Shown here one piece after another: positions 1 through 9,988 of a stretch of 64,000 nt of DNA. Numbering within the stretch: position 1 is the first letter of the stretch; each line of letters starts with the position of its first letter. The notes under the pieces are model-generated. The model was not told the DNA's origin, did not search any database, and saw only the letters and a program-made list of their open reading frames with translations. Source of the stretch: an uncultured Chloroflexia bacterium (GTDB lineage Bacteria > Chloroflexota > Chloroflexia > QHBQ01 > JADMIH01); contig CAWCNY010000001.1 of NCBI GenBank assembly GCA_963797095.1, positions 114,061 to 178,060 of the forward strand, written 5' to 3'. The translations under genes and the position numbers were made by a program.

Positions 1-109
1 TTGCCCCGATCTCAGGGAAGACGTAGTAATCGATGAGAGTGTGGGCTACGCTTTCTGTTACCTGGCGCTTTGTGGCTTCGTCCACAACTAGCTGGGTGTG
101 TGTATCCAT
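1..109 (-). CDS. N-terminal 36 codons of a protein whose body lies left of the window
   Basis: ATG at 109-107, then open to the window edge: MDTHTQLVVDEATKRQVTESVAHTLIDYYVFPEIG. Too short to appear in the ORF track. Confidence 0.3.
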   Translation of the reverse strand, partial: MDTHTQLVVDEATKRQVTESVAHTLIDYYVFPEIGA

Positions 110-132
110 TGAGAAAGCTCTCTTTCTGGTCA

Positions 133-160
133 GTGACGAGTGACGAGTGACGAGTGACGA
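133..160. repeat. Heptamer tandem repeat (GTGACGA)x4
   Basis: Four perfect head-to-tail copies read directly from the sequence. Confidence 0.95.
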
Positions 161-419
161 GTGGAGGGCAAGCGGTGATTCTTTGTTGTCTGTATACAGG
201 GGCACCGGAGGGTGCGCTTCCGGTTCTCCGGTGGTAGCCATGCTCTCTTTCGTGTGCCTTTCTTTGCATCATATTAGCATGGCGTTTTGTTTTGTGTCGA
301 GGTGCGCGGAATGCGGAGTGGTTTTTGAGATTGTGGTGTGGCCTGCGGCCTTGGCCGCTGTGTGCTTTTTGTTTGTTGGCCTGATAAGGTGCTTCTGTAT
401 CTGATGTTAGCGCGTCTGT

Positions 420-1550
420 TTGTACCTGGATACGCACAAATGGGTAGTTTTCGGGGGGATTTTGATGGGTGGGTGTTGTTGTTTAGGGTGCAAGGTATGG
501 TGGGTAGGGTGCATGGGCCCTGGGGGTCATGCACCCTGTTGGTTGTTCTCCTTTTTGTTGCTTGTAGGGATAGGTGTCCCTTTGCGCAACTGGTCCGTGT
601 GCCGTGTGGGCAGCAGGGGACTATTCCGGTTCCTAGCAAGCGATGTGTGGGCAGTAGGAGGTTATGATGACCAGCCTGGTACTCCCTTCCAGACGCTGGT
701 CGAGCACTGGGATGGCACTTCCTGGAGCATCGCGAGTAGCCCCAGTATCGGCACCGCGGACAACTACCTGGTCGCGGTGTCGGCTGATTCGGGCAACGAT
801 GTTTGGGCGGCGGGCTACTACGATGCGAACTCCCCACAGCCATTGATGTTGCGGTACCAACCCTGTGCTTCCACACCTACACCTACGCCTAAGCCGAGCG
901 CCACGCCAAGGGTCGTGGTCACACCCACGCCTGCGCCAACCTACCCACCCGCCGACATCCCTGGCTCAAATAGCCGCTTCTTCCCCCAAACAGGCAAGAC
1001 CGTCAGAGGTATCTTCCTCGACTACTGGAACACCCATGGCGGGCTCGCCCAACAGGGTTATCCCATCTCCGACATGTTCGGCGAGGTTTCCGATCTCAAC
1101 GGACAAGTGTACACTGTGCAGTACTTCGAGCGAGCCGTGTTCGAGTACCACCCTGAGAATGCCCCTCCCAACGACGTATTGCTCTCGCTCCTCGGCTACT
1201 ACACCTATAAGCAGAAGTACCCTGGACCGGAAGGTGCTCCATACCAGAACAACAGCCCACCGGCAGGTGCCATGCTTTTCCCGGAGACGGGCAAATGGGT
1301 AGCAGGGGGGTTCCTGGTTTAGGCAGGGGGGTTCCTGGTTTATTGGAAATCACATGGTGGGCTGGCGCAGCAGGGCTACCCCATCTCCAACGAGTTCCAG
1401 GAGAAGTCGGCCACGGACGGGAGGGTGTACAGTGTACAGTACTTCCAGCGAGCGGTGTTCGAGTACCACCCTGAGTACAAGGGCACACCAAACGAGGTGC
1501 TGCTGTCGCTGCTTGGCGCCTTCAGGTACAACGACATGTATCCGGAGTAG
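420..1550 (+). pseudogene. Secreted repeat protein interrupted by an in-frame TAG; N-terminus apparently lost
   Basis: Propeller-like VWAVGGY...EHWDGTSWS units, a Pro/Thr linker, then two WxxHGGLAQQGYPIS...VQYF(E/Q)RAVFEYHPE modules. ORF 420-1322 ends at TAG 1320-1322. The same frame stays open through 1323-1550 and encodes AGGFLVYWKSHGGLAQQGYPISNEF...VQYFQRAVFEYHPEYKGTPNEVLLSLLGAFRYNDMYPE. Recognisable homology only begins near nt 640. Confidence 0.6.
1302..1343 (+). repeat. 21-bp tandem duplication that creates the in-frame stop
   Basis: GCAGGGGGGTTCCTGGTTTAG (1302-1322) is followed by GCAGGGGGGTTCCTGGTTTAT (1323-1343). They differ only in the last base (TAG versus TAT). Confidence 0.95.
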
Positions 1551-1655
1551 TGCGCCCGTGCGCCCGGCACGGCGCCACGGCCTGCTCCTAAGGCGTGCGA
1601 CTTGATACTACCCGGCCCTACAGCCAGCCTGGCGTGTCTCAGTTGGCGGCTCGTA

Positions 1656-1760
1656 TGGAAAGGCTCTCTCTCAACTGGAAAGGCTCTCTCTCAACGCCTA
1701 TTCAGGGTAACATCAGAGGGCGCGCCGAAATCGCCACGGCTACCACGGCTACCAGGGCTA
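1656..1760. repeat. Two intergenic tandem arrays: a 20-mer x2 and a 9-mer x3
   Basis: TGGAAAGGCTCTCTCTCAAC at 1656-1675 and again at 1676-1695. CCACGGCTA CCACGGCTA CCAGGGCTA at 1734-1760. Confidence 0.9.
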
Positions 1761-1868
1761 AAAAGAACCCAGCACTAGCACCAAGCACAGATTGGTTCAT
1801 ATCTGAACGATCCTTCTGACCTCGCAAACCCATAGGCACGTATACAACAGGCAGAACAAGTCTACGGA

Positions 1869-2363
1869 TTAGGGTCTGATTGTCGCAACTAGAGTCTGTG
1901 GCTGTTTGAGTTGGTACTTGTCGAAAGTGATAAGGGGTAAGTTGAGCTGTCTGGCTAGTGCCAAAAACAGAGCATCGGCTCCTCTGATCCTGTAGTCTGC
2001 GGCCAAGTCAGTGGCCTCATCAACAAGTGCCTGGTCTATAGGTACGAGTCGCATGATGGGTAGAGCGTAAAGCTGGCTGACCGCCTTATGCGCATCGGCC
2101 TGAGGGTTGTTGGGCGGTAGGGTTTCACGGGCAATCACCGATGCTACCTCGATCACGAAGATCATGGGAGCCACAAATGAGCCACCATTAAGTATGTATC
2201 TGTCTATCCATGTGCGGGCAACCTGGTGGTTGGAGTCGTGAGGCAGTAGCCTGCTCGCCCAAACACTTGTGTCTATGATGACCGATACTCCCGCTGCTCC
2301 CGAAAACGCCGAAGGCGCAGAAATCGCTCGGGGACTGGGATTGGTTGGGCTAGCGCCGGTCAT
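1869..2363 (-). CDS. vapC: PIN-domain toxin (VapC-like)
   Basis: VIIDTSVW ... VIEVASV ... GADALFLALA ... ITFD acidic PIN signature. The start overlaps the antitoxin stop by 14 nt. Confidence 0.8.
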   Translation of the reverse strand: MTGASPTNPSPRAISAPSAFSGAAGVSVIIDTSVWASRLLPHDSNHQVARTWIDRYILNGGSFVAPMIFVIEVASVIARETLPPNNPQADAHKAVSQLYALPIMRLVPIDQALVDEATDLAADYRIRGADALFLALARQLNLPLITFDKYQLKQPQTLVATIRP

Positions 2364-2598
2364 TGCTGATTGTTTCAGCCACGTCGCTCAGCTGAGTGTG
2401 GTGGCCTATTTCAGCAGCCAAGCTGTTCAGGTCTTGCACTATTGCCCGTCGCACTTCAATGCTCACATCTCGGTTCACGGGTACTACCCTTGCCACTGTG
2501 CGCCCACGCTTGGTTATCTCAATCACCTCGCCCCGCTCTACTTCTTCTATGGTTTCGCTCAGGTGATCCTTCAATTCTCGCAACCCTATGCTCTTCAT
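2350..2598 (-). CDS. Type II antitoxin (Phd/YefM-like) paired with VapC
   Basis: MKSIGLRELKDHLSETIEEVERGEVIEITKRGRTVARVVPV is a typical antitoxin N-terminus. Overlapping operon geometry with the PIN gene. Confidence 0.75.
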   Translation of the reverse strand: MKSIGLRELKDHLSETIEEVERGEVIEITKRGRTVARVVPVNRDVSIEVRRAIVQDLNSLAAEIGHHTQLSDVAETISNDRR

Positions 2599-2860
2599 AC
2601 ACACACTCCTTCCTTGACAGCAGACCTATACTACATGAGGCCTCAGAAGAGGCCTCATGTAGTATAGCAGCGCCAGTTAGGCTTGGCAAGGTCGAAGAAA
2701 GAATAGGAAAGAGACATTTCTTTCTGTTGTATACTTCTTTGAGGCAATCGTCCATGCCTAGCGGGGGCTATCTGGGCATCTGCTAAGGAGCAAGAATAAC
2801 AGCGGGAAATATCTCCCGGTGCTATTGGCGGGGCATTGGCGGTAGATTGAGAGGGAAAGG

Positions 2861-4027
2861 ATGGCGGAAATGGAACCAGTGAAACCGGTCATACCGGTCA
2901 TTCCAATCAGGAAGAGTCATATGAAGTGGACTCAAGAGCGGCTGTCGGAGCAGCTAGAGCAGTGGCGCCGGTCGCTGCAAGAGCAGGATCGATCCGCTGG
3001 CACCGTTGAGAAGTATGTGGAGGCGGTGCTGCGCTTTCTCGCCTGGTACGAGCAGGAAGAAGGAGGCGGTGCTCCATTGCAGTTGGAGGCCCTGACGCCG
3101 ATTGCCCTGATTGGCTATCGGAGCTACCTGCAGCACGAGCAGCAGAAGTCGGTCAGCACCATCAACCTGCGTATCAGTGCCCTTCGTGCCTGGTGCGGCT
3201 GGTTGGTTGATAGGGGCCACCTGACTTCCGACCCGTCATCTCGCGTAAAGTTGGTGAGCACGAACAAGGACGGAGGTGGTGCTTCCGGTCATAACTCCAA
3301 ACGGGAGGGGCTCACCGGTTCCCAGGTCAATGCTCTTCTCAGGCAGGCGCAGGCCTCCGGAGAGGGGGAGCGCAATTACGCAATCCTGCAAGTATTGCTG
3401 CAGACAGGCATCCGACTAAGCGAGTGCAGCGGCCTGCGCTTCGGAGACATCACTTTCGGGGAACGCAGTGGCATGCTTCTGGCGCGGGCAGGCAAGGGTA
3501 ACAAAGCTCGCTCCGTGCCGCTCAATTCTTCAGCGCGAGAAGCGTTGGCAGTTTACGTTGCGCCTCGCTTGGGTTGGAGAGGTGTGGGAGAGGAAAAGAC
3601 GATGTCGCTGAAGGTGCTCCTCAAGGTAGTTGCTGCTAAATGGCCCAGGCCTGGGACGTCGCAAGCCTTTGAGCCGGTGTGGCTGAGCCGTAAAGTGTCT
3701 ATTCTGCCCGCCCTGGCGGCCTCTATTCTGCAGGAACCTGTGCGGATAAAGGGTCGCGACAACCAGTCATACGTCGTCCTTACGCTGTGCCGCATGATGT
3801 ATACGTTGCACCATGGCACAGTCGCTTCAAAGGCGGTTTCGGCACGCTGGGCGCAGGAAACATTGGATAGACGGTGGGGGCCGTTGATTGAGCGAGCGTT
3901 GGCTGAGCGGCACAATCCGGGAGCAGCAACGCCGGCCGAGGATGTAGAGGGAACATTAGAATTCATCCTCTATGCCCTGGAACGCAGTCAGGCGTTATCC
4001 CCAGCTTCGCACCTCATGTTATCATGA
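2861..4027 (+). pseudogene. Chimeric ORF: tyrosine-recombinase N-terminal two thirds fused to a DUF4111-like (aminoglycoside nucleotidyltransferase C-terminal) fragment
   Basis: SAM-like and early catalytic segments are present (GTVEKYVEAVLRFLAWY, LLQTGIRLSECSGLRFGDI, GKGNKARSVPLN). There is no HxxR...Y catalytic tail. The C-terminus YVVLTLCRMMYTLHHGTVASKAVSARWAQETLDRRWGPLIERALAER resembles the ANT(3'') C-terminal domain. Confidence 0.55.
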
Positions 4028-4418
4028 CGCACGTGGGGATTGGGAACAGGCTTTGGACACTAGCCTGGGTTGATTGGTTCCAACCGTTCAACCACTCATG
4101 CGAAGCGACCTCGTATCGCACGGGACACTCAAAATTTGAAGTGACAGAAAACGTCCCGGCAACCGTTGGCATGACGATACGTAACAAGAACCGACGATCC
4201 CCTAGACGGGCATGACGGGTTGCCATCATGGCAACAGGCGAAATGGCGCCAGTCCGGTGTGCGGCTATGCCGACATGGCAACCGTGTCTCACCAGAGTGG
4301 AGAAACCGAGAAAGACCCCAACTCCTGAAGCACAGCGGGTAGATGTTCACGAAACGATGCATGATCCCATTTGGTCGCCAGGTCGTCCAGTTCCTCACAC
4401 ATTCCCGGAATCGGTCGT

Positions 4419-7400
4419 CTATGAGACTCTGAGATTTGGTACCAGAACTCCTCTATATTTGTGCAGGGCGTACTCGACGGCTTCCGCCAGGCTCAGCGCT
4501 TCGCCCACTGCCCAGGCGCGGGCGAATATGCCCTTGTCGAGCAGCGCACGGGCCTGCGCCACGCTCTGCTCGTACGTCCTACGGTCGACGCGGTCCAGCA
4601 CGGCGCCCAGGCTCGATACCAGCCGGTCCACAGCACCCAGCAGCATCGCCGCCCCCTCTCCCCGACCCTCGTGTGCGGCCAGCCCGCCCAAGCCGGCCAG
4701 CCCTGCCAGGGCCCCTTTCCGGTTGCCCATATCCGCAGTCAGCGTGAGGCTCTGGGCGAGCAGAGCCCTTGCCCGGGCATAATCTCCCCGTTCCATAGCC
4801 AGCAGCCCGAGCCGGCCGGTGGGCCAGGCCATCCCCAGCTTGCTGCCCACCTCTCTATTGCCCGCCAGCCCCTCCTCGTAGAGCGTCTCGGCGAGAGCGT
4901 AATCGCCTTCGCCGTGGGCCACACCGCCGAGGAAAGCCAGACACCAGGCCACCGTCTGCTTATCGCCCACCTCTCGGAGCAGTAGCAAGGCTTCACCGAA
5001 CAAGGACCTGGCGTGGACCGCCTCGCCTTCTTCCATGGCGACCACCGCAAGCTGGTGCAGGCTCAAGCCGATACTCCCCTTATCGCCAAACTCCCGGCGG
5101 AGGGCCAGGCTCTCCTCGTAGAGTGCGCGGGCGCGAGCATATTCGCCCTGCTCCCTGGCCACAACGCCCAGGTTGTGCAGGCTCATCGCGATCCCTGGAC
5201 GATCCCCAAGCTCCCGGCGGAGCGCCAGGCTCTCCTCGTAGAGCGCGCGGGCCGTGGCGTAATCGCTCAGTTGCTTGGCCACGAAGCCGAGGTTGTGCAG
5301 GGCCGTGCTGAGGCCGATCTTGTCCCCGAGCTCCCAGCGGAGCGCTAGGCTCTCTTCGAACAGCGCGCGGGAGGCATAGAAGTCGCCTTGCTCGTTGGCC
5401 ACGATGCCCAGCCCGTTCAGCGCATTCGCGACGCCCCATTGATTGCCCAGTTCCCGCTGCACTACGAGACTCTCCTCGAACAGCACGCGGGCTGCAGAGT
5501 AGTCGCCCGCATCAAAGGCCAGCCTCGCCAGGTGGCCCAGCGAAGCGGAGATGCTGGACCCGTCCCCGGTCGCTTGCCCCAGCGCCAGCGCCGCCTCCAG
5601 CGCAGTGCGTGCGGCCGCCGCATCGCCCTGCCACCCGGCGAGGGAGCCTGCAGCATTCAGCGCTTTAGCCTTGATTCGGACCATGTCCGCATGATGTGGC
5701 GGGGGCGAGCCGTCTCCGAGCCCGGCCGGGCCCCTGCCCGCGTCCGCAGCCACAGCCCGTTCTTGGGACTCCAGTCCCAATTCAGGCTCCTTGCCCCGCT
5801 CGACGTTCGCCCATACAGACAGTGCTTTCTGCAAGTGGTCTCTTCCCTCGGTGTACAGGCCCTTTGTGTGCCAGAAGCGATAGAGGGTGGCTCCCAGCCG
5901 CAGTCCCAACTCTGCTGCTTCGGCTACTTCCTCGCCTTGTACCACTGTGGCCTGGACCGCGGACCGGCCATCGGTATTCCCCGCCGTTGCCTGTTCACCA
6001 GCCCACACCAGCACCGCCCGGAGGTTTTCATGCTCATCTTCCAGCCGGGCGAGCCACTCCTGCTGCTCTTTGCCGGTGAGGTGCGGCTCCGCTTCCTCGG
6101 CTAGCCCCAAGAAGTAGCGGGCATGCTCCCGGGCCAGCACAGCGGCTTCCCCGCTCTCCGCTAGCTTCTCCCGGGCGTATTCGTGGATCGTCTCCAGCAT
6201 CCAAAAGCGCGGCTCGCCGGCGCGGCCTGTGGCCTGCCGCAGCAAGTTCTTGCTCAACAGGGCTTCGACCCCCTCGAAGACGTCGATCCCCAAGCGTCCA
6301 TCCCAGTTGCAGACGGCTTCCAGCGCTTCCATGCTCCGCCCACCCGTGAAAGGAGCCATCCTGCGGAAGAGCTGCTGCTCGCCCGAGTCCAGCAGGTCAT
6401 AGCTCCACTCAATCGTCCTACGCATCGTCTGCTGGCGAGCCGGGGCGTCTCGGGCGCCCTCAGTTAGCAGACTCAGCCGCCTGCTCAGCCGGGCGAGCAG
6501 GAGCGGGGGCGGGAGCATGCGCACGCGGGCCGCGGCCAGCTCGATCGCCAGCGGCAGCCCGTCCAGCCGGACGCAGATCTCCGCGACGGCTCGCGCATTC
6601 CCGGCGGTCAGCCGGAAGTCCGGCCGGACATCGGTCGCCCGCTCGACAAAGAGGCGCATCGCTTCGTACTGGGCCAGCTGCTCCAGGGGTGGCAATTGCC
6701 GCAAATCGGGAAGCGACAGCGGCGGCACCGGGTACTCCCGCTCGCCCCGCACGCCGAGGGGCACGCGGCTTGTCACCAGTACCTTCAGACCAGGGCATGA
6801 GGAAAGCAAATGGCTCACCTGGGGGCCGGCATCTACCACCTGCTCGAAGTTGTCCAGCAGAAACAGCACCTGCTTGTCCCGCAGATACGCAGCGATACTG
6901 TCCAGCACTCCCTCTATCCCCGGCAGCCGCTGATCTTTGATCCCCAGCGCCTTGGCGATTGCGGCGACCACCAGCTCGGGGTCGGTCAGCGGGGCCAGGT
7001 CGACAAAGCATGCGCGGTCGGAGAAGTGCTCCTGCACGCCGGCCGCCGCATTCAGTGCGACCCGGGTCTTGCCGACTCCGCCCGGCCCCGTCACCGTGAG
7101 CAGCCGCACCGCGTCCTGCAGCAGGCGCTCACCGACCGCAGTCACCTCGGCCTCCCGCCCGATCAGCGGCGTTGCCGCGGCGGGCAGAAAGCTCGTGCCC
7201 CCCAACGGCGGCTCCGGGTGCACTTCGTGCGCGGCGTCGCGGATGCGTTCGTATAGGGCGCTTGTCTCGCGGGCCGGTTCGAGGCCCAGTTCGGCGGCCA
7301 GCGTCCGCCGGCAGGCTTCGTACTGGGCGAGCGCCGCGCTGCGCTGTCCCGTGCGCGAGAGGAGCCGCATCGCCTGGCGGTGGGCCTCTTCGCGCCAGGG

Positions 7401-8090
7401 TTCCAACTTCAACTGCCACAACGCGAAGTGCAACGATTGCTCGTGTTCGCCCACCTCCTCGTGAAAGTCCGCCAGGCGCTCGAGGGCATGCATCATCTGG
7501 CGATGGTGCGTCTCCCGCTCTAGCAGCAGCCACTCCTCAAACGCCCCGGTATCCGGGACGAGGAACCCTTGCAAGAAATCGCCCCGGTACAGGGTGGCCG
7601 CCTCGTGAAAGTGGTCGATACATTCGGCACAGTGATCTGGATGCCCGGATTGATGCTGATGCGCCTGGCAGGCCGCGAGGAGTTGGGTGAAGACCGCGAC
7701 ATCGCACCAGGTATCGCTCGCCGGGTTGAGTTGCACGGTCTGGCGGGTGACGAGCAAGGGGCTGGTGCCGTTGGGGTCGTCCTCATCGGGCTCCCGCAGA
7801 GCCTGCCCTGGGCTTGTCGAAGGGTCACAATTCGCTCCGACACCACTCCCGGTGCTACTAAGGATCCGGCGCAGGACGTAAAGGGTCTGGCGCAGGCTAT
7901 GCCGGGCCTCTTGGTCTGGCTGCTCGGGCCACAGGAGAGCCGCCAGGGCATCGCGGCGGTGGGGCCGGCCCCGCTCGATAAGCAGATAGGCCAGAAGCGC
8001 GCGCATTTTATCCGACTCAAAGCCGGTAACACTCACGCTATTGCGCGTGAGGTGGAAGGGGCCGAGAAAATAAGTACACAGTTGCGACAT
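4419..8090 (-). CDS. SARP (BTAD) - AAA/NB-ARC STAND - TPR transcriptional regulator
   Basis: The likely start MSQLCTYFLGPF (ATG at 8090) gives a winged-helix plus BTAD region (ALAQYEACRRTLAAELGLEPARET). Walker A is VTGPGGVGKTRVAL. The C-terminal half carries many TPR units (LGxVAxxQGDYxxARALYEESLALRRELGD). Confidence 0.85.
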   Translation of the reverse strand: MSQLCTYFLGPFHLTRNSVSVTGFESDKMRALLAYLLIERGRPHRRDALAALLWPEQPDQEARHSLRQTLYVLRRILSSTGSGVGANCDPSTSPGQALREPDEDDPNGTSPLLVTRQTVQLNPASDTWCDVAVFTQLLAACQAHQHQSGHPDHCAECIDHFHEAATLYRGDFLQGFLVPDTGAFEEWLLLERETHHRQMMHALERLADFHEEVGEHEQSLHFALWQLKLEPWREEAHRQAMRLLSRTGQRSAALAQYEACRRTLAAELGLEPARETSALYERIRDAAHEVHPEPPLGGTSFLPAAATPLIGREAEVTAVGERLLQDAVRLLTVTGPGGVGKTRVALNAAAGVQEHFSDRACFVDLAPLTDPELVVAAIAKALGIKDQRLPGIEGVLDSIAAYLRDKQVLFLLDNFEQVVDAGPQVSHLLSSCPGLKVLVTSRVPLGVRGEREYPVPPLSLPDLRQLPPLEQLAQYEAMRLFVERATDVRPDFRLTAGNARAVAEICVRLDGLPLAIELAAARVRMLPPPLLLARLSRRLSLLTEGARDAPARQQTMRRTIEWSYDLLDSGEQQLFRRMAPFTGGRSMEALEAVCNWDGRLGIDVFEGVEALLSKNLLRQATGRAGEPRFWMLETIHEYAREKLAESGEAAVLAREHARYFLGLAEEAEPHLTGKEQQEWLARLEDEHENLRAVLVWAGEQATAGNTDGRSAVQATVVQGEEVAEAAELGLRLGATLYRFWHTKGLYTEGRDHLQKALSVWANVERGKEPELGLESQERAVAADAGRGPAGLGDGSPPPHHADMVRIKAKALNAAGSLAGWQGDAAAARTALEAALALGQATGDGSSISASLGHLARLAFDAGDYSAARVLFEESLVVQRELGNQWGVANALNGLGIVANEQGDFYASRALFEESLALRWELGDKIGLSTALHNLGFVAKQLSDYATARALYEESLALRRELGDRPGIAMSLHNLGVVAREQGEYARARALYEESLALRREFGDKGSIGLSLHQLAVVAMEEGEAVHARSLFGEALLLLREVGDKQTVAWCLAFLGGVAHGEGDYALAETLYEEGLAGNREVGSKLGMAWPTGRLGLLAMERGDYARARALLAQSLTLTADMGNRKGALAGLAGLGGLAAHEGRGEGAAMLLGAVDRLVSSLGAVLDRVDRRTYEQSVAQARALLDKGIFARAWAVGEALSLAEAVEYALHKYRGVLVPNLRVS

Positions 8091-8304
8091 TGCCGGACCT
8101 GTTGCTACATTAACTAGCCAGCTGTCCTCTATCATACCGCACGCCCGACGTACGTGCAATCGGCCCAGCAGCGGGCCAGCAGTAGGTCTGTTCAGTTGCC
8201 AGACAACAGCATCGCATAGCCGTGCCCCGCAGCCGACGTCGTGTTGCTCCCGCGCCGGGTTTGCCGCCTGTCTCATGACGGATCTCATGACGATCTAATG
8301 ACGG

Positions 8305-8568
8305 TTGGCTGCTACCCTGTTACCAACCCTGACTGAACTGGAGACGACATTGCCGAACTCACCAGACGATCGTGAACCACACTATCTGTCCTATCTGCTC
8401 AGGCTATGGAGCAAAACGGACAATCAGGGCCAGCAGGTGTGGTGCGCGTCTCTGGAGACGCCTGGCAGCCACAAGACGGTGCGCTTTGGGGACCTACCCG
8501 CGCTGTTTACCTTCCTGCAAACCCAAGTAGGAACTGCACCGCAAGGGGGATTGGACCAAGAGGAGTAA
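8305..8568 (+). CDS. Small conserved hypothetical protein (YLLRLW ... WCASLE ... FTFL motif), divergent from the SARP gene
   Basis: 87-codon ORF with a TTG start. From memory, this motif pattern recurs next to SARP/LuxR STAND regulators. Confidence 0.4.
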   Translation: MAATLLPTLTELETTLPNSPDDREPHYLSYLLRLWSKTDNQGQQVWCASLETPGSHKTVRFGDLPALFTFLQTQVGTAPQGGLDQEE

Positions 8569-8646
8569 CAGGCCCATGAGGAACCGTCCTCGTGACGGAG
8601 TTCCAAGTTGCATAGCTGTTTAGCGTCTGCCTGAAAGGAGGAATAC

Positions 8647-8955
8647 ATGTACGTAGTAATCAACCATTTGCACCTTGATATACCAGTAGATCAGATACTC
8701 GACACGGTGCGAGAGGAGTTCGTGCCTTCACTCGCCGCCTTGAAAGGCTTTCATCACTACTACCTGGTAAAAGAAGCCGAAGACCGAGCCACTGTGCTGG
8801 CATTCTATGAGAGCGCCGAAGATGCGGCTAGCGGGGCCGCTGCTATCGGCCCAACATACTTTGCCAAGCACATAGCCCCGCATCTCGCCAGCGAACAGGT
8901 GCGCACCGTGGGCGAAGTGGTAGTTCAGGCAAGTGGTAATCCGGGCAAGGGATAG
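8647..8955 (+). CDS. ABM/Dabb-fold small protein (putative monooxygenase-like)
   Basis: AGGAGG 6 nt upstream of the ATG. 102 aa with alpha+beta-barrel-like spacing (HYYLVKEAEDRATVLAFYESAEDA). Confidence 0.5.
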   Translation: MYVVINHLHLDIPVDQILDTVREEFVPSLAALKGFHHYYLVKEAEDRATVLAFYESAEDAASGAAAIGPTYFAKHIAPHLASEQVRTVGEVVVQASGNPGKG

Positions 8956-9077
8956 TCTAGTTGCTTCGAAAGGAGGTATCGACAACTCGCATAACCAATC
9001 TCTTGCACGGTATGGATCGCACACCCTACAAACAAATGAGAGTACCCGATGTCAAAACAAACAAAGGAGATTAAGCA

Positions 9078-9506
9078 ATGTCAACTGAACAGAACAAGGC
9101 GGTTGTCCGCCGATTCATGGTGGAAGTGTTGACCGGTCGCAACGTGGGCCTGGCCGACGAACTACTAGCGCCGAACTACGTGAACCGCATGACAGGTGCC
9201 GACCTGCCTGCCTTTAAGGGGTTTCTCACCGGCATGGCGTCTGCGCTCAGCGACCTCCGGTTTGAAATCGATGATCTGCTGGCCGAAGGGGATGCGGTGG
9301 TGGCCCGCTGGAAGATGGAGGCAAACCACACCGGTTCGCTGATGGGAGAATCGCCCACGGGGAAGAAGATATCAGCTCGTGGCCTGACTTACTACCGCCT
9401 GGACAACGGCCGGATCGTGGAAGATGATCCGCTATCGACGCCCGATCTGTTGCAGGAACTCGGCGCACAGGTGCCTGCGCAGGCGGGCGCTGTCGCAGCA
9501 GGTTAA
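9078..9506 (+). CDS. SnoaL-like ester cyclase
   Basis: NKAVVRRFMVEVLTGRNVGLADELLAPNYVNR ... GDAVVARWKMEANHTGSLMGESPTGKKISARGLTYYRLDNGRIVE. Confidence 0.75.
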   Translation: MSTEQNKAVVRRFMVEVLTGRNVGLADELLAPNYVNRMTGADLPAFKGFLTGMASALSDLRFEIDDLLAEGDAVVARWKMEANHTGSLMGESPTGKKISARGLTYYRLDNGRIVEDDPLSTPDLLQELGAQVPAQAGAVAAG

Positions 9507-9516
9507 GGAGGAAATC

Positions 9517-9936
9517 ATGGACAGCGCTACCTCAATCCGACGCCTCTACGACCTCATCAACGCCGGTGATATCGACGGTTTCGGCCAGCAACTCGCCGAC
9601 GACTTCGTCGAGCGCGCCGAAATACCCGGAATCCCGCCCACGAAAGCCGGCGTGGTCCAGTACTTTCGGATGCTAATCGCAGCGTTCCCGGACTTACGGA
9701 TGGACGTCGAAGACGTGATTGCGAGCGGCAACAAGGCAGTTGCGCGTGTGCGAGTGACCGGGACGCATAAAGGTGAGTTTATAGGAATGCCGCCGACGGG
9801 CAGATCTGTCGCGGTGGACCTCATCGACATCACTCGCTTTGGCGATGACGGGCTGGCACACGAGCACTGGGGAGTGTCCGACCAACTCGCTCTGCTCCAG
9901 CAACTCGGCGCGATCCCGGCAGGGGCTCCAGCCTAG
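9517..9936 (+). CDS. SnoaL-like ester cyclase (paralogue)
   Basis: GGAGGA then ATG at 9517. FPDLRMDVEDVIASGNKAVARVRVTGTHKGEFIGMPPTGRSVAVDLIDITRFGDDGLAHEHWG. Confidence 0.75.
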   Translation: MDSATSIRRLYDLINAGDIDGFGQQLADDFVERAEIPGIPPTKAGVVQYFRMLIAAFPDLRMDVEDVIASGNKAVARVRVTGTHKGEFIGMPPTGRSVAVDLIDITRFGDDGLAHEHWGVSDQLALLQQLGAIPAGAPA

Positions 9937-9988
9937 CTGGTCGCAGTGCGAATCGGTCTGGGAGACATCGCAGAAAGGAGCTAAGGCA

